DNA of 64,000 nt from a bacterium (GCA_024408855.1 JAKSUQ010000008.1:3072-67071); one strand, 5' to 3'; shown: positions 40,996 through 50,478, counted from the first letter of the stretch. A program made the numbers and translations. Notes: generated by a model from the letters alone, not told the origin.

Positions 40996-43900
40996 TATGC
41001 TACATCTCCATTATATTCTTTCATATATTCATCTACTATTAAATTATTAATAGATTCAGTTGTTTTGGTATCTATATTAATGTTTTTAGAATCAAACACC
41101 AGTGTTATGAATCGCATTATCATCCGTTTAAAAAAACCTTCATTTTTTACAACTGCACTATTATTCATGATATTTTCATCTGCTTGCTGTTTTATATCCT
41201 GCAAAGCTTCAGAAATTTTCATTTCCTCCTTTGGAGTTGAAGGGCTTCTTTTTTGCATTATGCGTTTATGCACTCTTGCATATTTTTTGTCATTATCATA
41301 TTTTGCAAGTAATAGATTATTTCTTCTATTTAAATCAACAACTCTATGATAAATATCTTCGATTAAACTTATATTTTGCTGCATTTCTTCTTGAGAAACT
41401 TCATATATATCACGTTTAGCAAAAATTCTTTCTAGTTCTTCTTTTAGGGAACACCACTCCGGATCTTTCTTATCAAAGTTGCTGTTAATAGCTTCTCTTG
41501 TTCTTGCAAGAGTATTTCTTAAATTATCTGCAATTTTAAGTTCTGCTTCACCTATCTTTGAAAATTTGAAAACAATATCTTCCATAGCAACATTTAAAAG
41601 CTCTGAGATATCGACATTATTTTCAATCTTTTCCATATAGTTAATATCTGCTATACGAAGCTCTACCATCTTTAAAAGGTCAGCATATTTTCTAAAATCA
41701 AGCCTTTGCAGTAATTCTTCATTGCCCTGGCATCGAATAATATTTTGTAATTCTTTTGCTAAAATTAATGCTTTTCTTAAACCTAAAAGAATTTTCTTAT
41801 CTTCAATTTCATTAATCTGTTGATTAAATATTTCTAAATTTCTTGTTTCGTAAGGATATAAAACTGTTTTTATTTCATCAATATCATTTTTAATATCTTC
41901 TTCTGATTTAAATATTTGAGAGAATTTTGCAACTTCATCGCCCAATTCATTCTGCAATTCATCCCAGTATGCTTTATTTACTTTATCAAATTCATCTCGG
42001 ATGTCCGTAAAATCAACAACATAGCCGTATCTGAATTCATTATATGGTCTATTAACTCTTGTCAGAGTTTGTAGTAAATTATGTTCTTTAATTTCTCTAT
42101 CCATATACAATTTTTTAAGACGAGGAGCATCAAAGCCTGTTAGGAGCATATTGTATACAAATAAAATATCGATTTTGCCATTTTTAAAATCATCTACGTA
42201 GCCTTTTCTGATTTCTTTGTCATCAATATCACATAAAATTAATGCAGCAGTTTTAATTGAGTTTTTATCAGTAGCTTTGTCTTTATAATGTTCCTCAAAA
42301 ATTTTAAAAAACATTTTTGCCTGTTCGGAACTACTACAGACAACCATTCCCCCAATTGTACTATCATTATATGCAATTCGCGATTTTCTCATATCCTCTG
42401 CAATATATTCAAGCATAGGTGTGACAAATTTTTCGTCAGCATAAACTTTCTTTTCTACAACATCGCCATGTTTAACAAGAATTGTATCTAAAACTTCTTT
42501 TAACTTTGCCTTGTATTGAGTTTCAATATCTTCACGAATTAGTTTTAATGTGTATCCATCAGCAATAGATGAATTGTAATAATACTGATGAATATAATCG
42601 CCCCATAATTCTTTTGAAGCAGCTCTATTCTTTCCTGCAAGTAACGGTGTTCCTGTCAAAGATATGAATATAGCATTTTTATCAAGGCTCATAAGATTTG
42701 CAAAATAAGAGCCTGTTGGTTTGTAGCTTCTATGGGCTTCATCAATAAAGTAAATCCTTTGAATATTAATACCATAATCACTTGGTTTAATGGTTGTATC
42801 CGGTGGAATTTTTTGAATGTTAATAACCGTTATTTCATCTTTTCCGATATCATTCTCAATAGCACCCTTTTTATTTTCAAATTCTTTTGCCAAGTCACTT
42901 TTTGAATTAACTGTATGAACTGTTAAACCACGACTTCTAAATTCTTTTTCTGCCTGCGCTTTTAAATCAAGTCTGTCTACTATAAAGTAGAACTTAGGAA
43001 TAACGCCTTTTTTGCTAAAATAATCTTTTAAAAGTTTGACATTATAATAAGCTAAAGCAGTTTTTCCTGAACCTTGGGTATGCCAAACTATGCCACGCTT
43101 AATATCTGAATCAAGTTTATTTTGAATCGCTTTTGATGCGAAGTACTGAGGATAACGCATTATGTGTTTTTCTATATGAATATTATCGTCATCGTCTTTT
43201 CTTTCAACATAAACCAAAGAATATTGTAAAAAATCTTTCAAGCGCTCTTTTGAAAACAAAGATAAAAGCATTCTATTTGTCGGTGTTGAGATTTGTTTAT
43301 TTGTTTTAAATTCTGCAGAGTGCTTAATTACAGTATTGTTTGTATCTTTTAGAATAAAGTTTTCATCATCTTCATTTAGCGGTTTTAGCTTTAAAGATAA
43401 TCTTTCAAGTTCTTCTGGTTTATCTCTAAAACAGTTGAAGAAAGCTTTTGAAGTAGATGTTGTTCCATAAAATGCACCATGTACCGGAGTAATAGATTCG
43501 TTATCATAGTCCATATTATTAGAAAACATCATAATTTGAGTTATGTTTATAAATTTCTTAAATTTTTTATTTGCAAAACGCATATTCATTCTGTTACGTT
43601 CTGCCATAATTCCTTCTCTGTTGTGGGGTTTTTTCACTTCAATAAAACATAAAGGCATACCATTGATTAATAATGTTATATCCGGTCTAAATTCTTCTTC
43701 ATCTTTCTTGCACTCTAATTCTGTTACAACATTAAAGCTATTTTTATCAAAGTTATCAAAATCTATTAACTTGATTCCTGATTGAGGGAGCAACATTTTT
43801 TCATAAAAACTTCTGCCTAAATCATCATTATCTAATTTCAGGTTTATGTCTTGTAATAATCGTTTTATATCATCATCTGACAAATTTTTGTCATGGTTGA

Positions 43901-44048
43901 TTCGCTTTATGCTATCTGAAAAAATATCCATAAAGATATTCATTTCAGTATCTATGTTGGCTTTTTTCAAAGATATATAGCTATAACCCAATCTTGTTAA
44001 TGTCAAAATTGCAGGTATTTTTACTCTTGTGTCTTCATTAAAAGCCAT
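40995..44048 (-). CDS. hsdR: Type I RM restriction subunit
   Basis: FRPDITLLINGMPLCFIEVKK nuclease motif, WHTQGSGKT, IDEAHRS, LTGTP, MLLTGFDAP, QTLTRVNR. Confidence 0.92.
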   Translation of the reverse strand: MAFNEDTRVKIPAILTLTRLGYSYISLKKANIDTEMNIFMDIFSDSIKRINHDKNLSDDDIKRLLQDINLKLDNDDLGRSFYEKMLLPQSGIKLIDFDNFDKNSFNVVTELECKKDEEEFRPDITLLINGMPLCFIEVKKPHNREGIMAERNRMNMRFANKKFKKFINITQIMMFSNNMDYDNESITPVHGAFYGTTSTSKAFFNCFRDKPEELERLSLKLKPLNEDDENFILKDTNNTVIKHSAEFKTNKQISTPTNRMLLSLFSKERLKDFLQYSLVYVERKDDDDNIHIEKHIMRYPQYFASKAIQNKLDSDIKRGIVWHTQGSGKTALAYYNVKLLKDYFSKKGVIPKFYFIVDRLDLKAQAEKEFRSRGLTVHTVNSKSDLAKEFENKKGAIENDIGKDEITVINIQKIPPDTTIKPSDYGINIQRIYFIDEAHRSYKPTGSYFANLMSLDKNAIFISLTGTPLLAGKNRAASKELWGDYIHQYYYNSSIADGYTLKLIREDIETQYKAKLKEVLDTILVKHGDVVEKKVYADEKFVTPMLEYIAEDMRKSRIAYNDSTIGGMVVCSSSEQAKMFFKIFEEHYKDKATDKNSIKTAALILCDIDDKEIRKGYVDDFKNGKIDILFVYNMLLTGFDAPRLKKLYMDREIKEHNLLQTLTRVNRPYNEFRYGYVVDFTDIRDEFDKVNKAYWDELQNELGDEVAKFSQIFKSEEDIKNDIDEIKTVLYPYETRNLEIFNQQINEIEDKKILLGLRKALILAKELQNIIRCQGNEELLQRLDFRKYADLLKMVELRIADINYMEKIENNVDISELLNVAMEDIVFKFSKIGEAELKIADNLRNTLARTREAINSNFDKKDPEWCSLKEELERIFAKRDIYEVSQEEMQQNISLIEDIYHRVVDLNRRNNLLLAKYDNDKKYARVHKRIMQKRSPSTPKEEMKISEALQDIKQQADENIMNNSAVVKNEGFFKRMIMRFITLVFDSKNINIDTKTTESINNLIVDEYMKEYNGDVA

Positions 44049-44564
44049 TCTTTAATCACTCCTATTACTATTTTAGTATAGCATGAACAAAACTATCACT
44101 AATTTGTGTAATTCAATGTTTGCATATATAAGTCTGGGCGCCAATGACTCCAAGAATCAACTAGTTATACGCTTATATTTACAAGCGTCGATAAATTTAA
44201 ATGCGTTATTTCTTTGTTTAATTTATCAGTATTATATCAATTTGTTAATTTAACTAATTTTTTATGATTATTTGGTCTAAATTCACTGCTAACCTTTCCC
44301 CGTTTAGTAACGGTGCCCCTGATAAATAATAATCTTATATATAACTAAGTACAAAGACCATATATCTATATTTTCAATATGTTTATTAACCCAATTTTTC
44401 TAGATATGAATATAGACAAGGTTATAAAATTTAATTTTTTTAATATTGATATGAATGTTTTAATTTTTTTTAAAAAATAAATATAAAGACAATTTGTCTC
44501 ATTTCTAACTATAAAACATGTAGTATGATAGTTAAACAATCTTAAAAAAGAAAGGATAAATAAT

Positions 44565-44975
44565 ATGTTTGAATCACCATACCTATTAAAGTTTGAACCT
44601 CAAAAACTTGATGTTGAAGATGTAATGTGGTTGCATGCCGATCCTTTATGGATTTATGAGCATGCTTTATATTTTGATATCAAATTTGGGAAAAAATTTC
44701 TTAGTTACAAAAATGTAAAAATACCTTTAACTCCAAGGCTTTTTAAAGCAGCTCTTGAAATGGCGTCTGAACCATACAAGCCACATAAATTTTCGAACTA
44801 TAACAATGATAATGGGGCTGCACCTGATTCTGATAAAAAAATTGTAAGTAGAATAAATAAAACCTTCAAAAAAGTTGGTTTTAATGAAATATTATTTAAA
44901 AAAGAAAGAGGTGTGGAAGGTTACCAAATAGATTTAAAGGTTATTCCAAAACATTTAATTGTAATTTGTGAATAA
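44565..44975 (+). CDS. Putative winged-helix (OmpR/PhoB C-terminal-like) regulator
   Basis: IPLTPRLFKAALEM and DKKIVSRINKTF...ERGVEGYQID resemble Trans_reg_C; no receiver domain; SD AAGGA. Confidence 0.5.
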   Translation: MFESPYLLKFEPQKLDVEDVMWLHADPLWIYEHALYFDIKFGKKFLSYKNVKIPLTPRLFKAALEMASEPYKPHKFSNYNNDNGAAPDSDKKIVSRINKTFKKVGFNEILFKKERGVEGYQIDLKVIPKHLIVICE

Positions 44976-45084
44976 TATGTTGTCACCAAACTGTCACGAT
45001 TTTGTATATCGCAGTATTAGAGCTTATTTGTTCTAATTAAGATTATAAAAAGTCGTTTAGAAAAAACGAAGAAAGGATAAAATC

Positions 45085-45471
45085 ATGGCAGAATTTAAAA
45101 ATGTAATGACAACAGAAAATTTGGTTGATTTTTTAGACCAAAAACCAAGAGTAGATAAGGACAATGGAAATATATATTTCAGTTGCCCTTATTGCAGAGA
45201 AGAAGCTTTAGAAAAATTAAAGAATGTGCTTCGAAAAAAAGACTTTGAGAATGTTGCAAATTTAGATTTGGAATTTGGAACATTAATTTTCAATCCTGAA
45301 ACCCATGACATTGCATGTAGCTCAAGACCTAATAGTCATTATGATGATGAACATGCAATTGAAATTGAAGCAGAAATGGTAAAGTGGCATTTGCCTAGTA
45401 TGGATTATGGGGAATATTTAGATGCAAAATTTAATAACATCTTTATTACAAATAAATGCCAAAGCCAATAA
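45085..45471 (+). CDS. Hypothetical protein with a CxxC motif (possible Zn-binding)
   Basis: FSCPYCRE...IACSSRPNSH; SD AAGGA. Confidence 0.55.
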   Translation: MAEFKNVMTTENLVDFLDQKPRVDKDNGNIYFSCPYCREEALEKLKNVLRKKDFENVANLDLEFGTLIFNPETHDIACSSRPNSHYDDEHAIEIEAEMVKWHLPSMDYGEYLDAKFNNIFITNKCQSQ

Positions 45472-45486
45472 TACTTACTAGTTATC

Positions 45487-45603
45487 GGTTAATACGGTTA
45501 ATAAAGTTATTAAATTTTTTATAAAAAAATAAAAATAAAATATATAGCGATAGAAAATAATAAAAATAAAAAACTTTTAAAATTTTTATTAACCGTATTA
45601 ACC
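45487..45603. repeat. 19-bp perfect inverted repeat flanking a 79-bp AT-rich spacer (candidate element origin)
   Basis: GGTTAATACGGTTAATAAA (45487-45505) and TTTATTAACCGTATTAACC (45585-45603). Confidence 0.85.
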
Positions 45604-45642
45604 TCTTTTATTGTTGATACATAGCTAAAAGGAGATAATTTA

Positions 45643-48219
45643 ATGAAAAAATATAAAAAACTTCTCTTGGCGTTAAGTGCAGCTTCGAAAGTAATTACCA
45701 AACCGGAGGACGCCGAGACAATTAAAACAATTAAGAATATTACAAAAGACCACTTTAACAAATTAAGTGTACAACACTTATTAGGGAAAACAAGATTAGG
45801 TGTTACCCCTGAAATTTTAGGGCAAGAAGATAAAGTTATGTTTGGTGGTATAGATATTGACTGTCAAGACATATCACATGAAGAAAAATATAACATAGCT
45901 TTGGATTTACAAGACAAATTATTTGAAGATTACAGACTTAAAGCAGTTATTGAAACTTCAAAGTCAAAAGGTTTTCACGTTTGGATGCCTTTTGGGATTC
46001 CGCAAGAAAGAATTTTTATAAAAAATATATTACAAGATGTTATCAGCACTGCAACAGACAAAAAAATTGCAAATGGTGAAATTGAAGTTTTTCCAAAGGG
46101 GGATAAAGGCAATGCCATATTCCTACCATTCTATGGAATGTTTAAAGATGAAAACACAATTGACGTGAATTATTACGCACAAATGAAGAATGTTTTTGTT
46201 GAAGGTAAGAATATGGAGGCTATTCAAAATCCTTTAGAAGCAATTCATCAAGCAATGCGACAAAATGATTCAATGTTGCCTATACTCAAAGAATTTAGCA
46301 TATACCCAAAATGTATAAGAAAAGCCCTTTTTGTTTGGAAGAAAGGCGACCGTCACTATTTGTCTATGGCAATAGCTGCTATTTTAAAAAAAGTTTGTAA
46401 GGCATCAGAAGCTGAGGCAATAAGTTTAATAAAATCCATTGCACAATTTAATTGTGATGAAGAAATTAACGACAGAATCAGTGCTGTAAAAAGCACATAT
46501 AGAAGTGAAGAAATTGCAGGTTGTTCAATTATGCAGGGCAAAAATGAAAACATTGCAATAACGAATGTGCTATGTTCTGAAAACTGCGATTTGATAGAAA
46601 AGTCATATACTGTTAAAGATAAAGTGAGAAAATTGCAAGCTAATAATAAAGGCTTAGTGTTAAAAGAAAAAGTTGCAGAATTAATAAAATCTATTATTGA
46701 TGAATCTGGCAAAATGTTTAGGTCAAATTGCAAATTTTACCTTTTTTTGAAAGATGAAAAACAACTAATTGCCTTAACGGAAGATTCAAGAGAATTTAAA
46801 AATCTTTTAACAAAGTGGGGTATTAATGCTTCTGAAACACTATTCAAATACGTTAAAGAAGAATTATATGTTCATTGCGCAGAGCATGCTACAGATGTAA
46901 ATATACATAAATTTGCGTATTTTAATAGTGAAAATTATGCACTATACATATACAATGCTTCAAATTCAATATTAAAGGTAACAGAAAACTCTGTAACCAC
47001 AATAGAAAATGGTGATGAGGGTGTCTTGTTCGAAGAATTGAATGACTATACACCTTTTAAACTTGTTGATTTTGATAAAGGAAAAAACTACCTTTCGGAA
47101 TATCTTATTAAAAATCTGAATCTAGAGTCTGACGAGTACAACATAGATGTATTCAAACTTGTTGAAATATGGTTTTACAGTTTATTCTTTGAATCAATAA
47201 TGCCTACAAAACCAATATTTGTACTTATTGGGGAAAAAGGAAGCGGGAAAACATCATTTTTAAGACGCTCAGGTCAAATCTTAATGGGTGAAAAATTCAA
47301 TGTAACTTCTATAACTTCAGACTATAAAAATCTTATAACACTTATCACAAACAACTATTTTGTTGTTATAGATAACTTGGATTCACCTACAACGCAAATA
47401 AATGATACACTGGCAAGAATATCAACAGGACAAGTAATAAAAATACGCGATTATTACACTACAAATCAGCAAGTTGATTTTGAAGCAAAATGTTTTGTTG
47501 CTCTTACATCAAGAAAACCTCATTTTACCAGAGATGATGTATCTGACAGGTTAATATGTGTTTTCTTAAAAAGATTTGAATCCTTTGAGAGCGAAAACAA
47601 ACTTAAAGCTAATACATCAAAAAAGCGTGATGAAATAATGAGCTATATTATTTCACAAGTGCAAATTATTATTAGTAACTTAAAAAAGAATAAAGGCAAA
47701 ATTTTTAAGACTTCCTTTCGTATGGCTGATTTTGCTGAATTTGCATTTAAAATGGCATCAAGTGAAAAAGAAATTAAACAACTTGAAGATATGTTTTCTT
47801 CACTATCAAGGCAACAAAAAGATTTTGCAATAAGAGATGATATTGTTTACATAATTTTAAAGGAAATTGTAGGAGAAAAATGGAATCAAGGTACAAAATT
47901 TTCAACTACTTCATTACTTGAAAAATTCCGTAATAAAGCTGAGGAACTAGGACTTGAAAGAATTTTTAATAGTTTATATATTAATCCTAAATCTCTTACA
48001 AGTCATTTGATGAACATTAAAGATAATATTTCAAATGAAATTATTATTGACCGACAAAAAGCCCATGGAAATGCATATGTTTATTCATTCTATCTTGTTG
48101 ATGAAACGAAACCAATATCACAGGCGCAAGCTATTGAAATGTTAATGAATAAGAGTATTGAAGAATTAACTGATGCATATGACAAATATATGAATAAAGA
48201 AGGGGGTAAAGATGAATAA
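45643..48219 (+). CDS. Archaeo-eukaryotic primase (AEP) fused to a PriCT-like domain and a P-loop helicase
   Basis: GGIDID (motif I), SKSKGFHVW (motif II), EVFPK...GNAIFLP; KGDRHYLSM PriCT-like; GEKGSGKTS Walker A and VVIDN Walker B. Confidence 0.8.
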   Translation: MKKYKKLLLALSAASKVITKPEDAETIKTIKNITKDHFNKLSVQHLLGKTRLGVTPEILGQEDKVMFGGIDIDCQDISHEEKYNIALDLQDKLFEDYRLKAVIETSKSKGFHVWMPFGIPQERIFIKNILQDVISTATDKKIANGEIEVFPKGDKGNAIFLPFYGMFKDENTIDVNYYAQMKNVFVEGKNMEAIQNPLEAIHQAMRQNDSMLPILKEFSIYPKCIRKALFVWKKGDRHYLSMAIAAILKKVCKASEAEAISLIKSIAQFNCDEEINDRISAVKSTYRSEEIAGCSIMQGKNENIAITNVLCSENCDLIEKSYTVKDKVRKLQANNKGLVLKEKVAELIKSIIDESGKMFRSNCKFYLFLKDEKQLIALTEDSREFKNLLTKWGINASETLFKYVKEELYVHCAEHATDVNIHKFAYFNSENYALYIYNASNSILKVTENSVTTIENGDEGVLFEELNDYTPFKLVDFDKGKNYLSEYLIKNLNLESDEYNIDVFKLVEIWFYSLFFESIMPTKPIFVLIGEKGSGKTSFLRRSGQILMGEKFNVTSITSDYKNLITLITNNYFVVIDNLDSPTTQINDTLARISTGQVIKIRDYYTTNQQVDFEAKCFVALTSRKPHFTRDDVSDRLICVFLKRFESFESENKLKANTSKKRDEIMSYIISQVQIIISNLKKNKGKIFKTSFRMADFAEFAFKMASSEKEIKQLEDMFSSLSRQQKDFAIRDDIVYIILKEIVGEKWNQGTKFSTTSLLEKFRNKAEELGLERIFNSLYINPKSLTSHLMNIKDNISNEIIIDRQKAHGNAYVYSFYLVDETKPISQAQAIEMLMNKSIEELTDAYDKYMNKEGGKDE

Positions 48220-48391
48220 TGCTCTCTTTAATATCCAAGAAACGGCTAGTTACCTACGTATTTCTACAAGTACGCTTTATCGTTGGGTACATCAAAAGAA
48301 GATAAAATTTGTCAAAATCGGTTCAAGAGTTCTATTTGCGCAGGAAACACTTGAAGAATTTATTAAAAGTAAAACAGTAAACACGGAATGA
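48212..48391 (+). CDS. Excisionase (HTH_17), 59 aa
   Basis: Translated by hand: MNNALFNIQETASYLRISTSTLYRWVHQKKIKFVKIGSRVLFAQETLEEFIKSKTVNTE; overlaps the primase stop; directly upstream of int. Confidence 0.85.
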   Translation: MNNALFNIQETASYLRISTSTLYRWVHQKKIKFVKIGSRVLFAQETLEEFIKSKTVNTE

Positions 48392-48405
48392 AGCTAATAA
48401 CCAGA

Positions 48406-48445
48406 AGCACTGTCGGCACCGTGCCGGCACCGTGCTCGCGGTGCT
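48406..48445. repeat. GC-rich palindromic/tandem repeat between xis and int
   Basis: CGGCACCGTGC twice; palindrome CGGCAC-C-GTGCCG; hairpin GCACCG-6 nt-CGGTGC. Confidence 0.7.
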
Positions 48446-48530
48446 ACTCAAAATTTTCATTTGCAAAAGTTTGCAAATGGGCTTACAAAAGCTCAATAAC
48501 ACGTTAAATTAAATATAGGAGACATTAAAA

Positions 48531-49649
48531 ATGCCAGCAGTAAGAAAAAATAAACAGAAAAACAAATGGGAATTTGATTACAAAGACTTAAGAGGAAATC
48601 GCAAAACAAAAGGCGGTTTTCTTACCAAAGTTGAAGCAGAAAAAGCCCAAGCAAAGATGATTGATGAACTTAATAAAGGTTTGTTTATTGCAAATGACAA
48701 GCTGACTTTTAGAGAAGCTGCTGAATTATACCTTAATAACTATGCAAAAGTTTATTGCAAAAAATCAACTTGGAAAGGTTACGAGGGCTATTTGAAACAT
48801 CACATATACGAATACTTAGGCGATTTAAAACTAATCGAAATGAGGCCATTGCATGTACAAAATTTTATTAAAGATATGACTCAAACAGGTCTTGCTAATT
48901 CAACTATAAATCACTTAAAAAAGACTATTGGAGCTGTTTTTAATTTTATGATTGATTCAGGTGTAATTTATCAAAATCCTGTTAATAGAATCAAATGTTT
49001 AAAAGTTAAAAATAATACCTTAATGCACCCACTAACAATAAAAGAGACAAATAAGTTATTAACCGTTACTAAAAAACATTATCCTGATTTTTATCCATTG
49101 CTTTATATTGCAGTTAATACAGGTTTAAGAGAGGGTGAATTATTTGCTCTCACTTGGGATTGTGTTAATTTTGTTGAAAATTATATTGTTGTAAATAAAA
49201 GTTATACCCATGGTGTCTTGGGCTCAACAAAAACAGGCAAAGACAGGAAAGTTAAAATATCTAACTCAGTTACAAAATTTTTAAAAGAATGGAAAATGGC
49301 TTGCCCTAAAAGTGAATTAAATCTCGTTTTCCCTAATGCAAACGGGAATTATATGGATTCACAAAATATGATGAAAAGAAGATTTAAACCTGCTTTAGCT
49401 CTTGCAGGCATTGATAGTATAAGATTTCACGATTTAAGGCATACATACGCAAGCACACTTATTATTCAACAAGTGCCAATCCCTTATATTTCAAAACAAT
49501 TAGGACACTCAACAAACAAAGTTACTCTTGATACGTACATTCATTTAATGCCTGAATCTGCTCAATTTGGTGATTCATTGCTTGAAAACTTATATGAAAT
49601 AAGGGACGCAGAACTAGAAGAATCAAATGTTAAAAGGTTTGGTACATAA
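48531..49649 (+). CDS. Tyrosine integrase with N-terminal arm-binding domain
   Basis: N-terminal KWEFDYKDLRGNRKTKGGFLTK; catalytic TGLREGE, FHDLRH, QLGHS, LDTY; SD AGGAG. Confidence 0.93.
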   Translation: MPAVRKNKQKNKWEFDYKDLRGNRKTKGGFLTKVEAEKAQAKMIDELNKGLFIANDKLTFREAAELYLNNYAKVYCKKSTWKGYEGYLKHHIYEYLGDLKLIEMRPLHVQNFIKDMTQTGLANSTINHLKKTIGAVFNFMIDSGVIYQNPVNRIKCLKVKNNTLMHPLTIKETNKLLTVTKKHYPDFYPLLYIAVNTGLREGELFALTWDCVNFVENYIVVNKSYTHGVLGSTKTGKDRKVKISNSVTKFLKEWKMACPKSELNLVFPNANGNYMDSQNMMKRRFKPALALAGIDSIRFHDLRHTYASTLIIQQVPIPYISKQLGHSTNKVTLDTYIHLMPESAQFGDSLLENLYEIRDAELEESNVKRFGT

Positions 49650-50381
49650 TTAATCGTGGTATTGAACAGGATTTGCTGAACCTTTTTTTGAATATTTTTC
49701 AGGTATTCGTTTATTAACAAAATAATCTCTGATTTCATTTGGAGCAACTTTACCTTCAAATGCGTAACGTATTCCGTCATCAGACAAATACCAATTATCT
49801 ACTTCATAAACTTCTTTAACAATACCGCCAATAACTCCAAGTACATACTTAATCTTATCTACTCTATTTTTGCTAACTTTCCAATGATACCTAACAGCGT
49901 CATATAAATTACCATTGCAATCATTATAAACTCTGTCATAGGTTGTTTTAATTATCATATATTTAATATCATCTGGCTCTTTATACATTCCTAAAGAATA
50001 CATTTGCTGAAGTGTTTCGGCATTACTTGCCCCATATTCATTATTATGACCTGATTGTAAATTTGTTAGTCCGGGAAAGCAATCAATTAAAGCTGCTTCA
50101 ACCTCAAATGCTTCTGATTCGGTTAGCCCATGTCTTTGAATAACATGAATAACTTCTAAGCCTGCATTTTTAATTTCATATATTTGCTTATATTTTGTAG
50201 ATGTTTCATCATCAGCACTATTTTCTAAATCAAACTCTTTTAAAGCACATTCAACGTGTGCAAAGACTCTATTACCTTTTCCTTTGCCAACATAAAATGT
50301 TTGTCCATTTCTGGGGTCAATTAATCTATAAACATAATATCCAAGTTTTTCACATACTTCAGGACTAAAACACTTTATCAT
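49650..50381 (-). CDS. GIY-YIG (LEM-3-like) nuclease
   Basis: GYYVYRLIDPRNGQTFYVGKG.GNRVFAH, EVEAALID, LTN motifs; ATG 50381 preferred. Confidence 0.78.
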   Translation of the reverse strand: MIKCFSPEVCEKLGYYVYRLIDPRNGQTFYVGKGKGNRVFAHVECALKEFDLENSADDETSTKYKQIYEIKNAGLEVIHVIQRHGLTESEAFEVEAALIDCFPGLTNLQSGHNNEYGASNAETLQQMYSLGMYKEPDDIKYMIIKTTYDRVYNDCNGNLYDAVRYHWKVSKNRVDKIKYVLGVIGGIVKEVYEVDNWYLSDDGIRYAFEGKVAPNEIRDYFVNKRIPEKYSKKGSANPVQYHD

Positions 50382-50434
50382 ATATAAACCCCCAACAATA
50401 CCCTTATTAGGAGATTTTAAAATAACAAAATTAA

Positions 50435-50460
50435 TTTTGCAACTTTTTTGCAACTTTTTG
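50435..50460. repeat. 26-bp tandem TTGCAAC repeat (copy 2)
   Basis: Identical to 34412-34437. Confidence 0.85.
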
Positions 50461-50478
50461 GGTTTTGGCATGAAAAAA

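Noticed and set aside
45519-45761. 80-aa hydrophobic minus-strand ORF
   Set aside because: It is a low-complexity reading of the AT-rich inverted-repeat region and overlaps the primase start on the opposite strand.
34412-50460. TTGCAAC repeats as a CRISPR array
   Set aside because: Units are 7-11 bp in pairs with no unique spacers, and no cas genes are present. They are better explained as att-arm sites.
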